From an uncultured bacterium (GTDB lineage Bacteria; Margulisbacteria; Termititenacia; CAZZFK01), in assembly GCA_964653455.1 (NCBI GenBank), contig CAZZFK010000003.1:60819-124818 (forward strand): a stretch of 64,000 nt of DNA, given 5' to 3'. How positions within the stretch are numbered: position 1 is the first letter of the stretch; every line of letters begins with the position of its first letter. This document shows, piece after piece, positions 47,468 through 57,473 of this stretch. Made by a program: the position numbers and the translations under genes. The notes beneath the pieces are model-generated. The model had not been told where the DNA came from and did not search any database. It saw only the letters and a list, made by a program, of their open reading frames with translations.

Positions 47468-47869
47468 ATGCTGTTCCAAAAGATCATCGCGAACAATGAG
47501 CTGCCAAGAATGCTTATCGTCGATGATAACGCACAGATACGTGATATGCTCACCTGTTTTTTTGAGGACCAGTTCCAGATATGTACTGCACCCAACGGCA
47601 AGGAAGGTCTCGCGCATTTCATGTACTCACGCTTTCCCGTTGTTCTCACGGACCTTAATATGCCTGTTATGAACGGTCTCGAATTCCTGAAAAAGCTCAA
47701 TGAATTGCCGGAAACGATACGGCCGCGCGTGATAGCCATGTCCGCGAGCACCGACCGCAATGAATTGGATGAAGTGCGCAAGAGCAACGGGGCCTTTGTG
47801 CAAAAGCCATTCGATATGACCGTACTGTACAGTACGGTCGAAGCCGCTTGGAAAACTTTTCAGGACTGA
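47468..47869 (+). CDS. Single-domain response regulator
   Basis: LIVDDN, LTDLNMPVMNG, QKPF. AAGGAG RBS. Confidence 0.9.
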   Translation: MLFQKIIANNELPRMLIVDDNAQIRDMLTCFFEDQFQICTAPNGKEGLAHFMYSRFPVVLTDLNMPVMNGLEFLKKLNELPETIRPRVIAMSASTDRNELDEVRKSNGAFVQKPFDMTVLYSTVEAAWKTFQD

Positions 47870-47889
47870 TCTACTGTTCCGGTCGTTCG

Positions 47890-49620
47890 TTACTTATTAC
47901 GGACCACACGGAACAAGCAAAGCAGTTTTAAGAACTCCGAAGGGACATCGAACACCGTATAACGCGCAAATCCCTTCTCGTTACGGGGATCATCCGATAG
48001 GGAGTCCTCGATCTGTTGTTGGTCCTTATCCGGATAGTTCCGCTCGAATTTACTGATGTAGCTGTCCGCACACCATTCAACAGTGCCATTTTTCTGCATT
48101 AAAGCGGTCCCCTTCTTCTGTGTTTCGGCCAATTCAAGCATGGTCGGTAAGCGATACAGCCCCTGTCCGTCCTTGCTGAGCGCGTACGAGATATATGCCT
48201 TCATTGCTGTACGATATTCTTCGCTATCCCTGCCGAAATCAGCGACAGTCCTCAATAATTGTTCAATAAAGGCCTTCTGTTCGCGGCTAGCGACCCCTTC
48301 CTGTACGCTCAATCTGGCACAATACTCAACAGCTTCTTCCCATGTTATTTTGTTCACCATTCCCAGATAGTTGTCATAGAGATGCACCGGCGTATATCCC
48401 ATCAAGAACTTGAATTGCCAGTGGGTCACCGTATCCTCAGAAATAGAAGTGTTCTGAGAGAGGACCGACATCCTGGGAATGACATGCATACCGTGTTCAT
48501 ACGCGGCGATGATAAGGGCATTATCTCCAATGATGATATGGTCATACAGGTCCACGACCCGTTCGTAATGCAACTGGTTCAGGCTGGCCATGAACCAGAC
48601 AGTTCTGCCGAAGCGCTCGGTACGTTCAGGCGTTGTACAATAGTTCGAGATGAGCTCATCCCTTTCGATGTTCTTATCGCCGACATTGTCATTGAATTTT
48701 GTCAGGTCATCATATATGTCACGGATGCCAAGTTTGTCCATGATCAGATCGCGCATTGGCTTATCCTTGAACTGTGCTCTCAGCACGTCCAGAAGGATAT
48801 CATCCGTGCTCGAAGCGTTCCCACTGTTCCGTGAAACTGCGAGCAAATTGACCAGTTGTCCAAGTTCCAGTTTTTTCCCATCTCCTGTCCGCTCGCCGTC
48901 ATACAATAGTGAAGCGACATACTGATTCAAACGGTCGCTACCGGCATAGTTCGTGAGCAGGAATTGATAGGCTGCCTGTCTCTTTTGTGTATCTTTCAGA
49001 TACATATCCCATACCTTATAGAAACGCTCGGCATTCAGACGTTCAAGTTCTTTCCTTGCCGAGGCACGTTCTTCCACGGTCGGTGCCCCCCCATCAGCCT
49101 CTCCGGACAAAAGATAGTCCAATATATTCCCCGCGGCATCCTCATAGCTCACTGTCGGCAGGGAAAGTACGATCCCCTCGCGCATGGAGTAGAGACGGAC
49201 CGTGGCTTTCTCGTTCATCGGAGCGGAGATCTCCAGGATATATTGGGTATATGACATTTTTTCTGTGACCGACTTCCCGTCCTCCTGAAAGAGCGAGGAT
49301 ACCCCCGCATTGCCCATCTCCTTCTGTGTAAGCCATTGGACCGAAACAGTGTCTGAGGGATCACCGGAGATCATGATCATTTTTTTACGGACATCCGCCG
49401 GCAAGGCCTTACGCAAGACAATGCTCTCACGTATAAGTCGGACTACCTTGTCCTCATTCCCTTTTGGCGCGACCACGGTGATAAGGACCGTGCCGGTATC
49501 TATCGGACTACCTTTCGCTACCAGCTTTGCTTTTACGTTCTTCTGGTCCGATATCTTTGCAGAAGCATACAAGAGCATCGTTCCTTTTGTTGTTACATCA
49601 ATGATCTGAACGTTGTCCAT
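47890..49620 (-). CDS. Hypothetical protein with a degenerate FGE-sulfatase/CLec-like C-terminal domain
   Basis: VTHWQF..MG, ITWEEAVEYC.RLS, YRLPT..E, GTVEWCAD, terminal FRVV. Confidence 0.55.
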   Translation of the reverse strand: MDNVQIIDVTTKGTMLLYASAKISDQKNVKAKLVAKGSPIDTGTVLITVVAPKGNEDKVVRLIRESIVLRKALPADVRKKMIMISGDPSDTVSVQWLTQKEMGNAGVSSLFQEDGKSVTEKMSYTQYILEISAPMNEKATVRLYSMREGIVLSLPTVSYEDAAGNILDYLLSGEADGGAPTVEERASARKELERLNAERFYKVWDMYLKDTQKRQAAYQFLLTNYAGSDRLNQYVASLLYDGERTGDGKKLELGQLVNLLAVSRNSGNASSTDDILLDVLRAQFKDKPMRDLIMDKLGIRDIYDDLTKFNDNVGDKNIERDELISNYCTTPERTERFGRTVWFMASLNQLHYERVVDLYDHIIIGDNALIIAAYEHGMHVIPRMSVLSQNTSISEDTVTHWQFKFLMGYTPVHLYDNYLGMVNKITWEEAVEYCARLSVQEGVASREQKAFIEQLLRTVADFGRDSEEYRTAMKAYISYALSKDGQGLYRLPTMLELAETQKKGTALMQKNGTVEWCADSYISKFERNYPDKDQQQIEDSLSDDPRNEKGFARYTVFDVPSEFLKLLCLFRVVRNK

Positions 49621-49835
49621 TATGATCACCCTTTCATGTCGTTTTTTTATCATCAATACATCTGCTGACACTTATTTGTCGAAAGTACAGATATATAAGG
49701 TTCAAATATCTGGGGGGTGTTCTATAGCATAAAACACTTCTTTTTGAGCATGGTCCTCAATTGTTTTAGTGCATCACAGGAACAACTGCACATATGATTT
49801 ACATTTTTTCTGCTTACATCTATAGTGGTGGTCTC

Positions 49836-50312
49836 ATGTACAAGTTCTTTATATATGCTATCGCCACTGTATGCGGAGCAGGATATTTCCCTAAGATGCC
49901 CGGAACGTTCACTTCCCTTATTGCCGGCCTTGCTGCGCTCTATTTGCTCTCGCTCTCACCATTCATGTTCGTGTTCATCATCGTTCTGACAACTCTTCTT
50001 GGCATCTTCGTGACAGGGGAGGCCAATAGACTCGCCGGAACAAAGGACAAGACCATGTTCTCGCTCGATGAGGTCCCTGGACAATGGATAGCCCTGCTGC
50101 CTTTATTCACGATCGAACGAAACCACGTGCTCTTCATGCTCATCGGGTTCGCTCTTTTCCGCTTCTTTGACATCAAAAAACCAGGCATCATCGGCAGGTC
50201 GGAGTCCGTCCCCGGAGGTCTTGGGGTCATGCTGGACGATATCATCTCCGGTGTTCTTGCCGGCATTTGTTTGCAAATTATCATCTTCTTTTTTACAATT
50301 ACGCACATATGA
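49836..50312 (+). CDS. pgpA: Phosphatidylglycerophosphatase A
   Basis: GYFPKMPGTF, LDEVPGQW, FALFRFFDIKKP, GGLGVMLDD. Confidence 0.92.
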   Translation: MYKFFIYAIATVCGAGYFPKMPGTFTSLIAGLAALYLLSLSPFMFVFIIVLTTLLGIFVTGEANRLAGTKDKTMFSLDEVPGQWIALLPLFTIERNHVLFMLIGFALFRFFDIKKPGIIGRSESVPGGLGVMLDDIISGVLAGICLQIIIFFFTITHI

Positions 50313-50950
50313 ACTTCCAGATAAAACTTGTAAGTGCCAGGCTGGAAAAGCGCGCAAAAGAAGAAGCACTTCATTTTGCCCAAAAATTACTGTCTTTCGG
50401 GATCACGCCTAATGGTCTTACGACAATAGGACTGTTGGTCAATTTGACCGCGGCATACTGCGTGCTGCGCTCACAACTGGCGCTTGCGGCATTGTTCCTG
50501 GCGCTCGGCGGGTTCATCGATCTGCTCGACGGAACACTTGCACGTATCGCCAATACAAGCACAAAGTTCGGAATGTTCTGGGACCAGGTCGCGGACCGTA
50601 TCGCAGAAGCGTTCTTTTATATAACGCTCGTCATCTATTTCGTCACTTCATACAACTATTTCTCTGTCGTGTTCGCGCTGTTCGCGATGGCAGGGAGCTG
50701 GCTGGTCACCTATACACGCAGTTGTGCCGATAATTTGAAGATCAAACCGACCGAAGATCTGCTCCCCCAGCCTGAGCGCATCATCATCCTGGCGGTCACA
50801 CTACTGTTCAATCGTGTCATCTTTGGTCTGTTCATCATCGCCATCCTTACCGTGCTGACCGTTATATGGCGGATACTTGCCATCTATCGTCATTTCCAGG
50901 CAAAAATGCTCACGGAAAAGGCAGCGCAAAGAATTAAAAAAGCGGAATAG
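50309..50950 (+). CDS. CDP-alcohol phosphatidyltransferase
   Basis: TPNGLT, DLLDGTLAR...G..WD..AD motif. ATGA overlap with pgpA. Confidence 0.88.
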   Translation: MNFQIKLVSARLEKRAKEEALHFAQKLLSFGITPNGLTTIGLLVNLTAAYCVLRSQLALAALFLALGGFIDLLDGTLARIANTSTKFGMFWDQVADRIAEAFFYITLVIYFVTSYNYFSVVFALFAMAGSWLVTYTRSCADNLKIKPTEDLLPQPERIIILAVTLLFNRVIFGLFIIAILTVLTVIWRILAIYRHFQAKMLTEKAAQRIKKAE

Positions 50951-50952
50951 CG

Positions 50953-51813
50953 ATGCCAGGAGACCTGCATATCCATACGACATTCTCTGACGGTTTTCTT
51001 GCACCTGCGCAGGTCGTTGAGGTCGCAAAAAAGGTCGGACTGACAACGATATCAATAACTGACCATGATGCTGTCGGCGGGGTCGGCCCGGCGATAGAAG
51101 CAGGCAGGACCTGCGGCATCACTGTGATCCCGGGCATTGAGATCAATACCAAGATGGATGACGCAGAGATCCATATCCTCGGTTATTACATAGACCATAA
51201 CGACCATCAATTCCATCAGGCCATCAACGAGAGCAGAAGTACCCGCACTCTCCGTGCCCAGAAGATCGTGGAAAAACTCAATGCTCTCAACATCGATATT
51301 GAATTTGAGGAAGTAGAACGGTTGGCCGGGCACAGTACCATCGGGCGCCCGCATATTTCCAGAGTGCTGTGCGAGCACGGATATACTGATTCCGTCCAGG
51401 AAGCTTTTAACCGGTATCTGAAGATAGGAGCCCCGGCCTATGTGGACCTTGTAAAATGGAGCCCTTTTGATGCGATAACCATCATCAAGGATGCCGGGGG
51501 CATCCCCGTGCTTGCTCATCCCGGCTGTCACAAAATAGATGACCGTATCCCTGCGCTCGTCAAACAGGGGCTGATGGGTATCGAAGTATATTGCCTGAAA
51601 CATTCTTCATCGCAGATCAAACACTACGAAGAGATCGCAAAAGAAAAAGGATTGCTTATGACCGGAGGATCTGATTTTCACAACGCGCTGGACGCCATGT
51701 ATGATACGGTCTTGGGTTCTATACCGCTCGCCGATGAACATGTTCAGGCACTGAAAGACCGTGCAGCCCTTCTTTCCCACACACAGGCCCCGCTCACAGG
51801 AAAACACCAGTGA
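50953..51813 (+). CDS. PHP domain phosphoesterase (TrpH/YciV-like)
   Basis: DLHIHTTFSDG, ITDHD, GIEI, HILGY, GRPH, LAHP, TGGSDFH. Confidence 0.9.
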   Translation: MPGDLHIHTTFSDGFLAPAQVVEVAKKVGLTTISITDHDAVGGVGPAIEAGRTCGITVIPGIEINTKMDDAEIHILGYYIDHNDHQFHQAINESRSTRTLRAQKIVEKLNALNIDIEFEEVERLAGHSTIGRPHISRVLCEHGYTDSVQEAFNRYLKIGAPAYVDLVKWSPFDAITIIKDAGGIPVLAHPGCHKIDDRIPALVKQGLMGIEVYCLKHSSSQIKHYEEIAKEKGLLMTGGSDFHNALDAMYDTVLGSIPLADEHVQALKDRAALLSHTQAPLTGKHQ

Positions 51814-52880
51814 AAAGAGCGTTCGAAGAGGTCTATCTTCAGCGGTTAGCGGAGAATGTACAGACCGTCCGGTCCCTGATCGGTCCCACGACCAAGATCA
51901 TGGGGATAGTTAAAGCTGATGCGTACGGACACGGCGCGGTCGAGGTCGCGGACACCATATTGTCCCAAGGCGTTGAATACCTCGGTGTGGCATGTATAAC
52001 GGAAGCGATGCAGCTCAGACAAGCAGGTATCTCCGCGCCCATACTCGTGCTGAGCGAGCCGGTCAGCAATGTTGTCGACGATATCCTGAACCTGGACGTG
52101 ACCCAAACAGTGTATTCGCTGCCTTTTGCCCGCATGCTCTCCAACGCAGCTCTTTCACGCAATAAGAAAGTTAATGTCCATATCAAGGTCGATACCGGTA
52201 TGAGCCGTATCGGCGTGCACCCCGATGACGCAGTACAGCTCATTGCCAGCATCACTCATATGGAAGGGATCAATGTGGAAGGCTTGTTCACCCATTTTGC
52301 CCGTGCTGATGAACCGGAGAGCGGCTTTACCGAGGTCCAGTTCGAGCGTTTCATGCAGGTCGTCCAGGCCTTGAAGAATGAAAAGATACCGGTCCCTCCG
52401 CTCCTCCATACTGCGAATTCCGCCGCGATCCGGTCCTTCCCCAGAACGCATTTGAACATGGTGCGGGCAGGGATCATGCTCTACGATGATGTGCTCATGT
52501 TCAAAGCACATGTCGCCCACCTGAAAAAAGTACCGGCAGGCACCCCGATCAGCTACGGTTCCACGTTCGTCACGGAAAAAGTTTCCGAAATAGCGACGAT
52601 ATCCGTAGGCTATGCGGACGGATACGACCGGGCCTTATCGAACAAAGGTACCGTTCTCATTAAAGGGAAGCGGTATCCGATCGTCGGCAGAATTTGCATG
52701 GACATGTGCATGTCGGATATCACCGGGGCAGAGGATGTTCAGGTCGGAGATGAGGTCGTGCTCATCGGCGCTCAAGGGGCCGAACAGATCAAGATCGATG
52801 AGCTCAGCGCACAGCTGGGTACCATTACGTATGAGGTCATGTGCGGGATAGGGAAGAGGGTACCGCGGATATATAAATAA
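51810..52880 (+). CDS. alr: Alanine racemase
   Basis: VKADAYGHG, HIKVDTGMSRIG, THFA, ANSAA, GYADG, GRICMDM, TITYE. Confidence 0.97.
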   Translation: MKRAFEEVYLQRLAENVQTVRSLIGPTTKIMGIVKADAYGHGAVEVADTILSQGVEYLGVACITEAMQLRQAGISAPILVLSEPVSNVVDDILNLDVTQTVYSLPFARMLSNAALSRNKKVNVHIKVDTGMSRIGVHPDDAVQLIASITHMEGINVEGLFTHFARADEPESGFTEVQFERFMQVVQALKNEKIPVPPLLHTANSAAIRSFPRTHLNMVRAGIMLYDDVLMFKAHVAHLKKVPAGTPISYGSTFVTEKVSEIATISVGYADGYDRALSNKGTVLIKGKRYPIVGRICMDMCMSDITGAEDVQVGDEVVLIGAQGAEQIKIDELSAQLGTITYEVMCGIGKRVPRIYK

Positions 52881-52934
52881 CATAGAATAAGTGCTACGTG
52901 ACCAGCTGGACATGTTGATAATGCCCCGTTCACA

Positions 52935-52955
52935 TGCCACTTGTCTCTTGCCACT
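52935..52955. repeat. Heptamer-built repeat TGCCACTTGTCTCTTGCCACT, copy B
   Basis: Exact 21-bp match to 28972-28992. Upstream of dnaX. Confidence 0.8.
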
Positions 52956-52990
52956 CCTAACGTGTACTATGTGATTTGAGGTTTCAATAA

Positions 52991-54748
52991 ATGTCATATC
53001 TTGCTCTCTACAGAAAATACCGACCACAGACCTTTGATGATGTTATTGGCCAGGAAGCGGTCGTACGAACGCTCAAGAACGCCATCACCAATAATATGCT
53101 CGCTCATGCCTATGTTTTTTCCGGTCCTCGCGGTACGGGAAAGACCAGCATGGCACGTATCCTGGCAAAGGCGCTCAATTGCCGCGAAGGGCTTTCTGTC
53201 TCCCCCTGCCTGAAATGCGACCTCTGTTCTCGTATCACCAGCGGCGACGCGCTCGATGTGTTCGAGATCGATGCCGCATCAAATCGCCGCATCGATGATA
53301 TCCGTGACCTGAGAGACAAGATCATGTTCGCTCCGGTCGAAGGCCGCTACAAGGTCTATATCATCGACGAAGCGCACATGCTTACGGATGAAGCGTTCAA
53401 TGCACTGCTGAAGACCCTTGAAGAGCCTCCCGCACAGACCTTGTTCATTTTAGCCACGACCGATGCCCATAAGATACCGGTGACGATACTTTCCCGCTGC
53501 CAGCGCATCGAATTCAAGCGCATCACCATCCCGCACATCCTTACGCAACTGAAGAAGATATCGGCACAGGAGAACATCACCATCGATGATAAGGCATTAT
53601 CGCTCATCGCCAAGTCCTCGGAAGGGGGCATGAGAGATTCCGTATCGCTCCTCGATCAGATCGTATCTTTCAAGGGGGCTGTCATTACGGCCGATGATGT
53701 TCTGACCGTGCTCGGGTCTTCGGACAGCACCGCCTTATTCACTATGATCGAACATGTGAGCACCGAAAATGCAGGACAAGCGCTCGCATACCTTGAAGAG
53801 CTCGTTATTTCCGGAAAGAACATCCCGCAGCTCACCAAAGACCTGCTCATGCACATCAGACATGTGATCCTCTCAAAAGCCGGGGCGGAAGCGGCGATAG
53901 ATCTTCCTGCCGACATGATAGCTCAGGTACATGCACAGGCATCCCGCTTCACGTTGCCCGAGCTCAAGGAGATCGTCCGTATCATATCCAAAGCTGATAG
54001 CGATATGCGCTGGTATCCGAACGCCAGACTGCTACTGGAGATAGCACTTGTTGAGATATGCTCGTTGAAAAAGAACGTCCAGAACGCGACCACACCCCGT
54101 ACCGTGACCGCCACACCGCAGCTTCCGTCCGCACAGTCCTCTGCATCGCAGAACGTGCGTTCTGTCACGATACAAAAAGCTTCTGTCCCTGCGGAACCTG
54201 TGCCTGAACTGCGTTCCAGCATCGCCACACAGCCCGTAGTACCTCCGCAGCCAACCTCAAGACCACCGGTCGCTGAACCGGTCGAGATAGCTGCGCACCC
54301 CCCCGAACCAGTATCACCGCCACCATCTGTCACGCACAGCAGCACTCAGGAGATCCGCTCCCTTGCAGAGATAAAGCATCACTGGCAGGATATCCTCAAT
54401 CAGATCAAGGAACGCAAAAAGTTCACATATCTCATATTATGTGAAAGCGAACCTGTTGAGCTTTCGGGCGGAAAATTGATATTACGGTTCAAAAAGAACT
54501 CGACGTTCCATAAAGAGAAATTCCTTGATAAAGAACATCAAGATATCTTTCAACAAATACTGAAACAGTACATTTCAGGCCCCATAGAGGTCACGGCGGA
54601 TGTCCAGGGGCTCATGCACGGGGAAATAGAAGGTTCGGGGACCACTACACACGCTGCGAACAAGGGCCCGCAGGGCGGACCGCCGCCGGCTTCCGTTGAA
54701 CGCACTCTCGCTTCCATGTTCGACGGAAAACTGATGTACGGTAAATAG
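52991..54748 (+). CDS. dnaX: DNA polymerase III subunit gamma/tau
   Basis: YRKYRPQTF, GPRGTGKT, EIDAASN, IIDEAHML, NALLKTLEEPP, SRCQ, Pro-rich linker. Confidence 0.97.
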   Translation: MSYLALYRKYRPQTFDDVIGQEAVVRTLKNAITNNMLAHAYVFSGPRGTGKTSMARILAKALNCREGLSVSPCLKCDLCSRITSGDALDVFEIDAASNRRIDDIRDLRDKIMFAPVEGRYKVYIIDEAHMLTDEAFNALLKTLEEPPAQTLFILATTDAHKIPVTILSRCQRIEFKRITIPHILTQLKKISAQENITIDDKALSLIAKSSEGGMRDSVSLLDQIVSFKGAVITADDVLTVLGSSDSTALFTMIEHVSTENAGQALAYLEELVISGKNIPQLTKDLLMHIRHVILSKAGAEAAIDLPADMIAQVHAQASRFTLPELKEIVRIISKADSDMRWYPNARLLLEIALVEICSLKKNVQNATTPRTVTATPQLPSAQSSASQNVRSVTIQKASVPAEPVPELRSSIATQPVVPPQPTSRPPVAEPVEIAAHPPEPVSPPPSVTHSSTQEIRSLAEIKHHWQDILNQIKERKKFTYLILCESEPVELSGGKLILRFKKNSTFHKEKFLDKEHQDIFQQILKQYISGPIEVTADVQGLMHGEIEGSGTTTHAANKGPQGGPPPASVERTLASMFDGKLMYGK

Positions 54749-54779
54749 AACGCTCCGGTATCTCTCTTATCCGATCGAT

Positions 54780-55517
54780 CTACCTTGTCCCGTTCCTGAT
54801 ACCGTTACGGATCTCGTTTATCTCAGCGTCCATCGTTGCAAGCCTTTTTGCCATACGTTCGTCCTGATCATTACTTTTTATCACTTTTTGGATCCCCCCC
54901 GACTTGAAGACCAGTCGAACATCTGTCCTGAGCGCGATCAAAGGATCGTGGGTCGCTATGAAGGTGATCGTTCTTTTTTTCAGCAAGAACTCAAGGGCCT
55001 TCTGCCTGTCGATACCGGCGTTCTCTATCTCATCGATCAAAAGAATTGGGGCAGCGCTTATCAGCACTGCGTCCGCGACCATGAGCGCACGAGCCTGTCC
55101 GCCGCTGAGAGAGCACAACGGTTGATCGGCTGAGAACGGTTCACCCGCGAGATTGTTCGCGGCCTCAAGGACCGAAGGAACGATACGCGATGCCTTCTTT
55201 TCGTACAGCAACGCATGCATCTCTATGAATTCGCGTACCGTCAGATCCAGAAAGAACTGCATGGTCTGTGATATCCGGGTGACGGACATGATCTTTCTGG
55301 GCGTATGTCCGCTGATACTGATATGCCGGCCGGTCGGAGAATCGGACTGCGCCAATCTTTCGATATCATCAAGGAACCGTGTCTTTCCCGAACCGGTAGG
55401 GCCGACGACCGCTACAACAGAACCGCTCGAAAAGACCAGTTCACGGATGTTCTCTTTTTTCCCGTTCTTATCCGTTCCGGGCTTAATGATCAGAGCTCTT
55501 GTTGCTGCCTTACTCAT
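54780..55517 (-). CDS. Stand-alone ABC-type ATPase
   Basis: GPTGSGKT, LSGGQ, ILLIDE, ATHD, N-terminal PGTDKNGKKE motif. ATGAGTAA overlap with the upstream gene. Confidence 0.85.
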   Translation of the reverse strand: MSKAATRALIIKPGTDKNGKKENIRELVFSSGSVVAVVGPTGSGKTRFLDDIERLAQSDSPTGRHISISGHTPRKIMSVTRISQTMQFFLDLTVREFIEMHALLYEKKASRIVPSVLEAANNLAGEPFSADQPLCSLSGGQARALMVADAVLISAAPILLIDEIENAGIDRQKALEFLLKKRTITFIATHDPLIALRTDVRLVFKSGGIQKVIKSNDQDERMAKRLATMDAEINEIRNGIRNGTR

Positions 55518-56154
55518 GGCCGGATCCTTTCCCCTGACAAAAATGACAATATCCCTTTGGTAGGGTATATCGCAGGAATTCATAATCGGTCAAGGTAATA
55601 TCCTGCAGATGCTCGATCATCTGCACAAGTTCGTTCGTCCCTTCCCCGGTAAGGCCGTTGCCGTACAGAACGGTACCGTGCGGGTTGATGGTCTTCAGAT
55701 TATTGAGCAACAATTGCCGTTCGGCATGACTGAGGAGCTCGGCCTTCGTGAGCACCAGAACATCCGCGGCGGTGATAAGGGCGCTCAATTTCAGCTGATG
55801 TCCGATATTGGACAATCCGCTGACAACAGCGACCGCAGCAGCCCGGCTCAAATAAGGAGAACAACGCAGACATAACCCGGCTGTCTCAATGATGAGAACC
55901 TCCGCTTTCTGCTGTTGTGCCCATACCCACACCTGTCCAAAGACCATCATCGTCTCATGGTCAGGACACATCGTACCGACACAATGATAGTTCACAGGAA
56001 CACCCAGTGCTGTATACCGTTGTTCCCGCTTTGCAGAAAGTGACAGGACGGAGATGCAGGAACGAATCCCTTTTGTCGTGAGCTGAGCGATCGCATGACG
56101 TATGATAGCGGTCTTTCCCGCACCGGCAGTGCCTGCGACAATGATGATCTTCAT
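55510..56154 (-). CDS. HypB/UreG/CobW-like GTPase paralog (degenerate G motifs)
   Basis: GTAGAGKT, MCPDH, ETAGLCLRCSPY, TKAE, NGLTGEG, C-terminal YCHFC. ATGA overlap with the radical SAM gene. Confidence 0.8.
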   Translation of the reverse strand: MKIIIVAGTAGAGKTAIIRHAIAQLTTKGIRSCISVLSLSAKREQRYTALGVPVNYHCVGTMCPDHETMMVFGQVWVWAQQQKAEVLIIETAGLCLRCSPYLSRAAAVAVVSGLSNIGHQLKLSALITAADVLVLTKAELLSHAERQLLLNNLKTINPHGTVLYGNGLTGEGTNELVQMIEHLQDITLTDYEFLRYTLPKGYCHFCQGKGSGHE

Positions 56155-57473
56155 ATGGCCGGCACCTTCTTCCTGATAGGCTTCAGTTCGTTCATACCAT
56201 AGAGCTGGGCATAGCCCCGTGAGACACCGACACATTCACGATAGAAGCAACAGTGCCGGCATTGAGGCGCTTTTACTCTCCTGATAAGATCGAGGAACAG
56301 CCGATCAAAGACGGGGCCTGAACCGGTCCGGTATAATCGAAAAGGCATCGCGTGTATCTCCATACAATACTTCTCCATGCCCTTGAATAAACACAGAGGA
56401 AATGACCCGTAGGTCATCGGTATGCCTGCCGCATGACAGATACGCAAAGCCTCCTTGACGAACGGGACCACGTCCGTAAATCGAGGTACGAGACTGTGTC
56501 TGTTCTCCCATGCATTCTCTTCCGGGCACACGATCTCCAGGAACGGAAAGAACCTGTGCCGGGCTTTTTTTCCCACCCGGACAAGATACCGTGCAAGCTC
56601 CGGAAGTGTACGATAGTTCTGTGCCGTGACCGTGGTCCAGACCTTGAGCGGTACATCGGGCAGATGCAGTACCCGCTCCAGCCCTTCCCGGACAAGCTCA
56701 TATGAAGGGGACCTCCATAATCTTTCCGAAAGCTCCTTTTCACATGCATCAAAAGAAATCCCGAACCCCGTCGCACCGCAGCTGATCAGGCTTTCAAGAT
56801 ATCCGGCAGAAGAGAGCCTGGCCCCGTTCGTGGCGATGAGGATCTGCCTGAACCCCAGGTCCTTGGAGAATTTTATCAAGGCGAACAGGTCCGGGTGTAT
56901 GGTCGGTTCTCCCCCGGAAAAAGATATCTTTTCGATACCGTTCTTTTTCCCGTAAAGGATATCATCCGTTATGTCCTTTAACGGACGAGCATGTTTCTTT
57001 TCATGTCCGACACAACAGTACAGACAATTGAAATTACAACAAGACCCGATATTCACTTCCAGAGAAGGCAGATACTCGGTGCAATATCTGTTGATCTCAG
57101 GGATGAGCAAGGGGCTGTTCCGTATCTCGCGACTGCCCGTGACGGTAATGAAAGAATGATCTTTTAGGTACAGGATCCTCTCGAGCAGCTTTATCTCGAC
57201 ATCCAACCGTTCAGTATGCCGGCTTGCTGTCCGGGAGATCGCTCCCGTCAACTCTTTCGTTATCGTGTATTTTTTGCCTCGATCGGCGGGTACTTCCCGG
57301 ACCAACCCCTTCTTGAGCAAGGCGGGAATGACACGGCGAACGTTCTTCTCCTCCATCTGACAGAGATGAGGGAGCTGCTCGAACGGTTCTTCTCGAAGTA
57401 ATATGAAATTCTCTAATAAGGACCACTGGTCCGGGGTCAAGGCTAATGCCGCGGGGATATCAATGAATTCCAT
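56151..57473 (-). CDS. Radical SAM enzyme with an N-terminal winged-helix-like domain and a C-terminal Cys cluster
   Basis: CNFNCLYC (CxxxCxxC), SGGEPTIHP, TNG, C-terminal CRHCCFYREC. Confidence 0.88.
   Translation of the reverse strand: MEFIDIPAALALTPDQWSLLENFILLREEPFEQLPHLCQMEEKNVRRVIPALLKKGLVREVPADRGKKYTITKELTGAISRTASRHTERLDVEIKLLERILYLKDHSFITVTGSREIRNSPLLIPEINRYCTEYLPSLEVNIGSCCNFNCLYCCVGHEKKHARPLKDITDDILYGKKNGIEKISFSGGEPTIHPDLFALIKFSKDLGFRQILIATNGARLSSAGYLESLISCGATGFGISFDACEKELSERLWRSPSYELVREGLERVLHLPDVPLKVWTTVTAQNYRTLPELARYLVRVGKKARHRFFPFLEIVCPEENAWENRHSLVPRFTDVVPFVKEALRICHAAGIPMTYGSFPLCLFKGMEKYCMEIHAMPFRLYRTGSGPVFDRLFLDLIRRVKAPQCRHCCFYRECVGVSRGYAQLYGMNELKPIRKKVPAI

Noticed and set aside
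47890-48100. Complete diversity-generating retroelement
   Set aside because: No reverse transcriptase, Avd-like gene or template repeat in this window.
52881-52990. SRP RNA (ffs), often found upstream of dnaX
   Set aside because: No SRP helix-8 motif; the gap holds the heptamer repeat and a promoter-like sequence.
54066-54073. dnaX -1 frameshift site giving a gamma subunit (TTG AAA AAG just after domain III)
   Set aside because: The heptamer is G AAA AAG rather than A AAA AAG, and I see no upstream SD-like stimulator.
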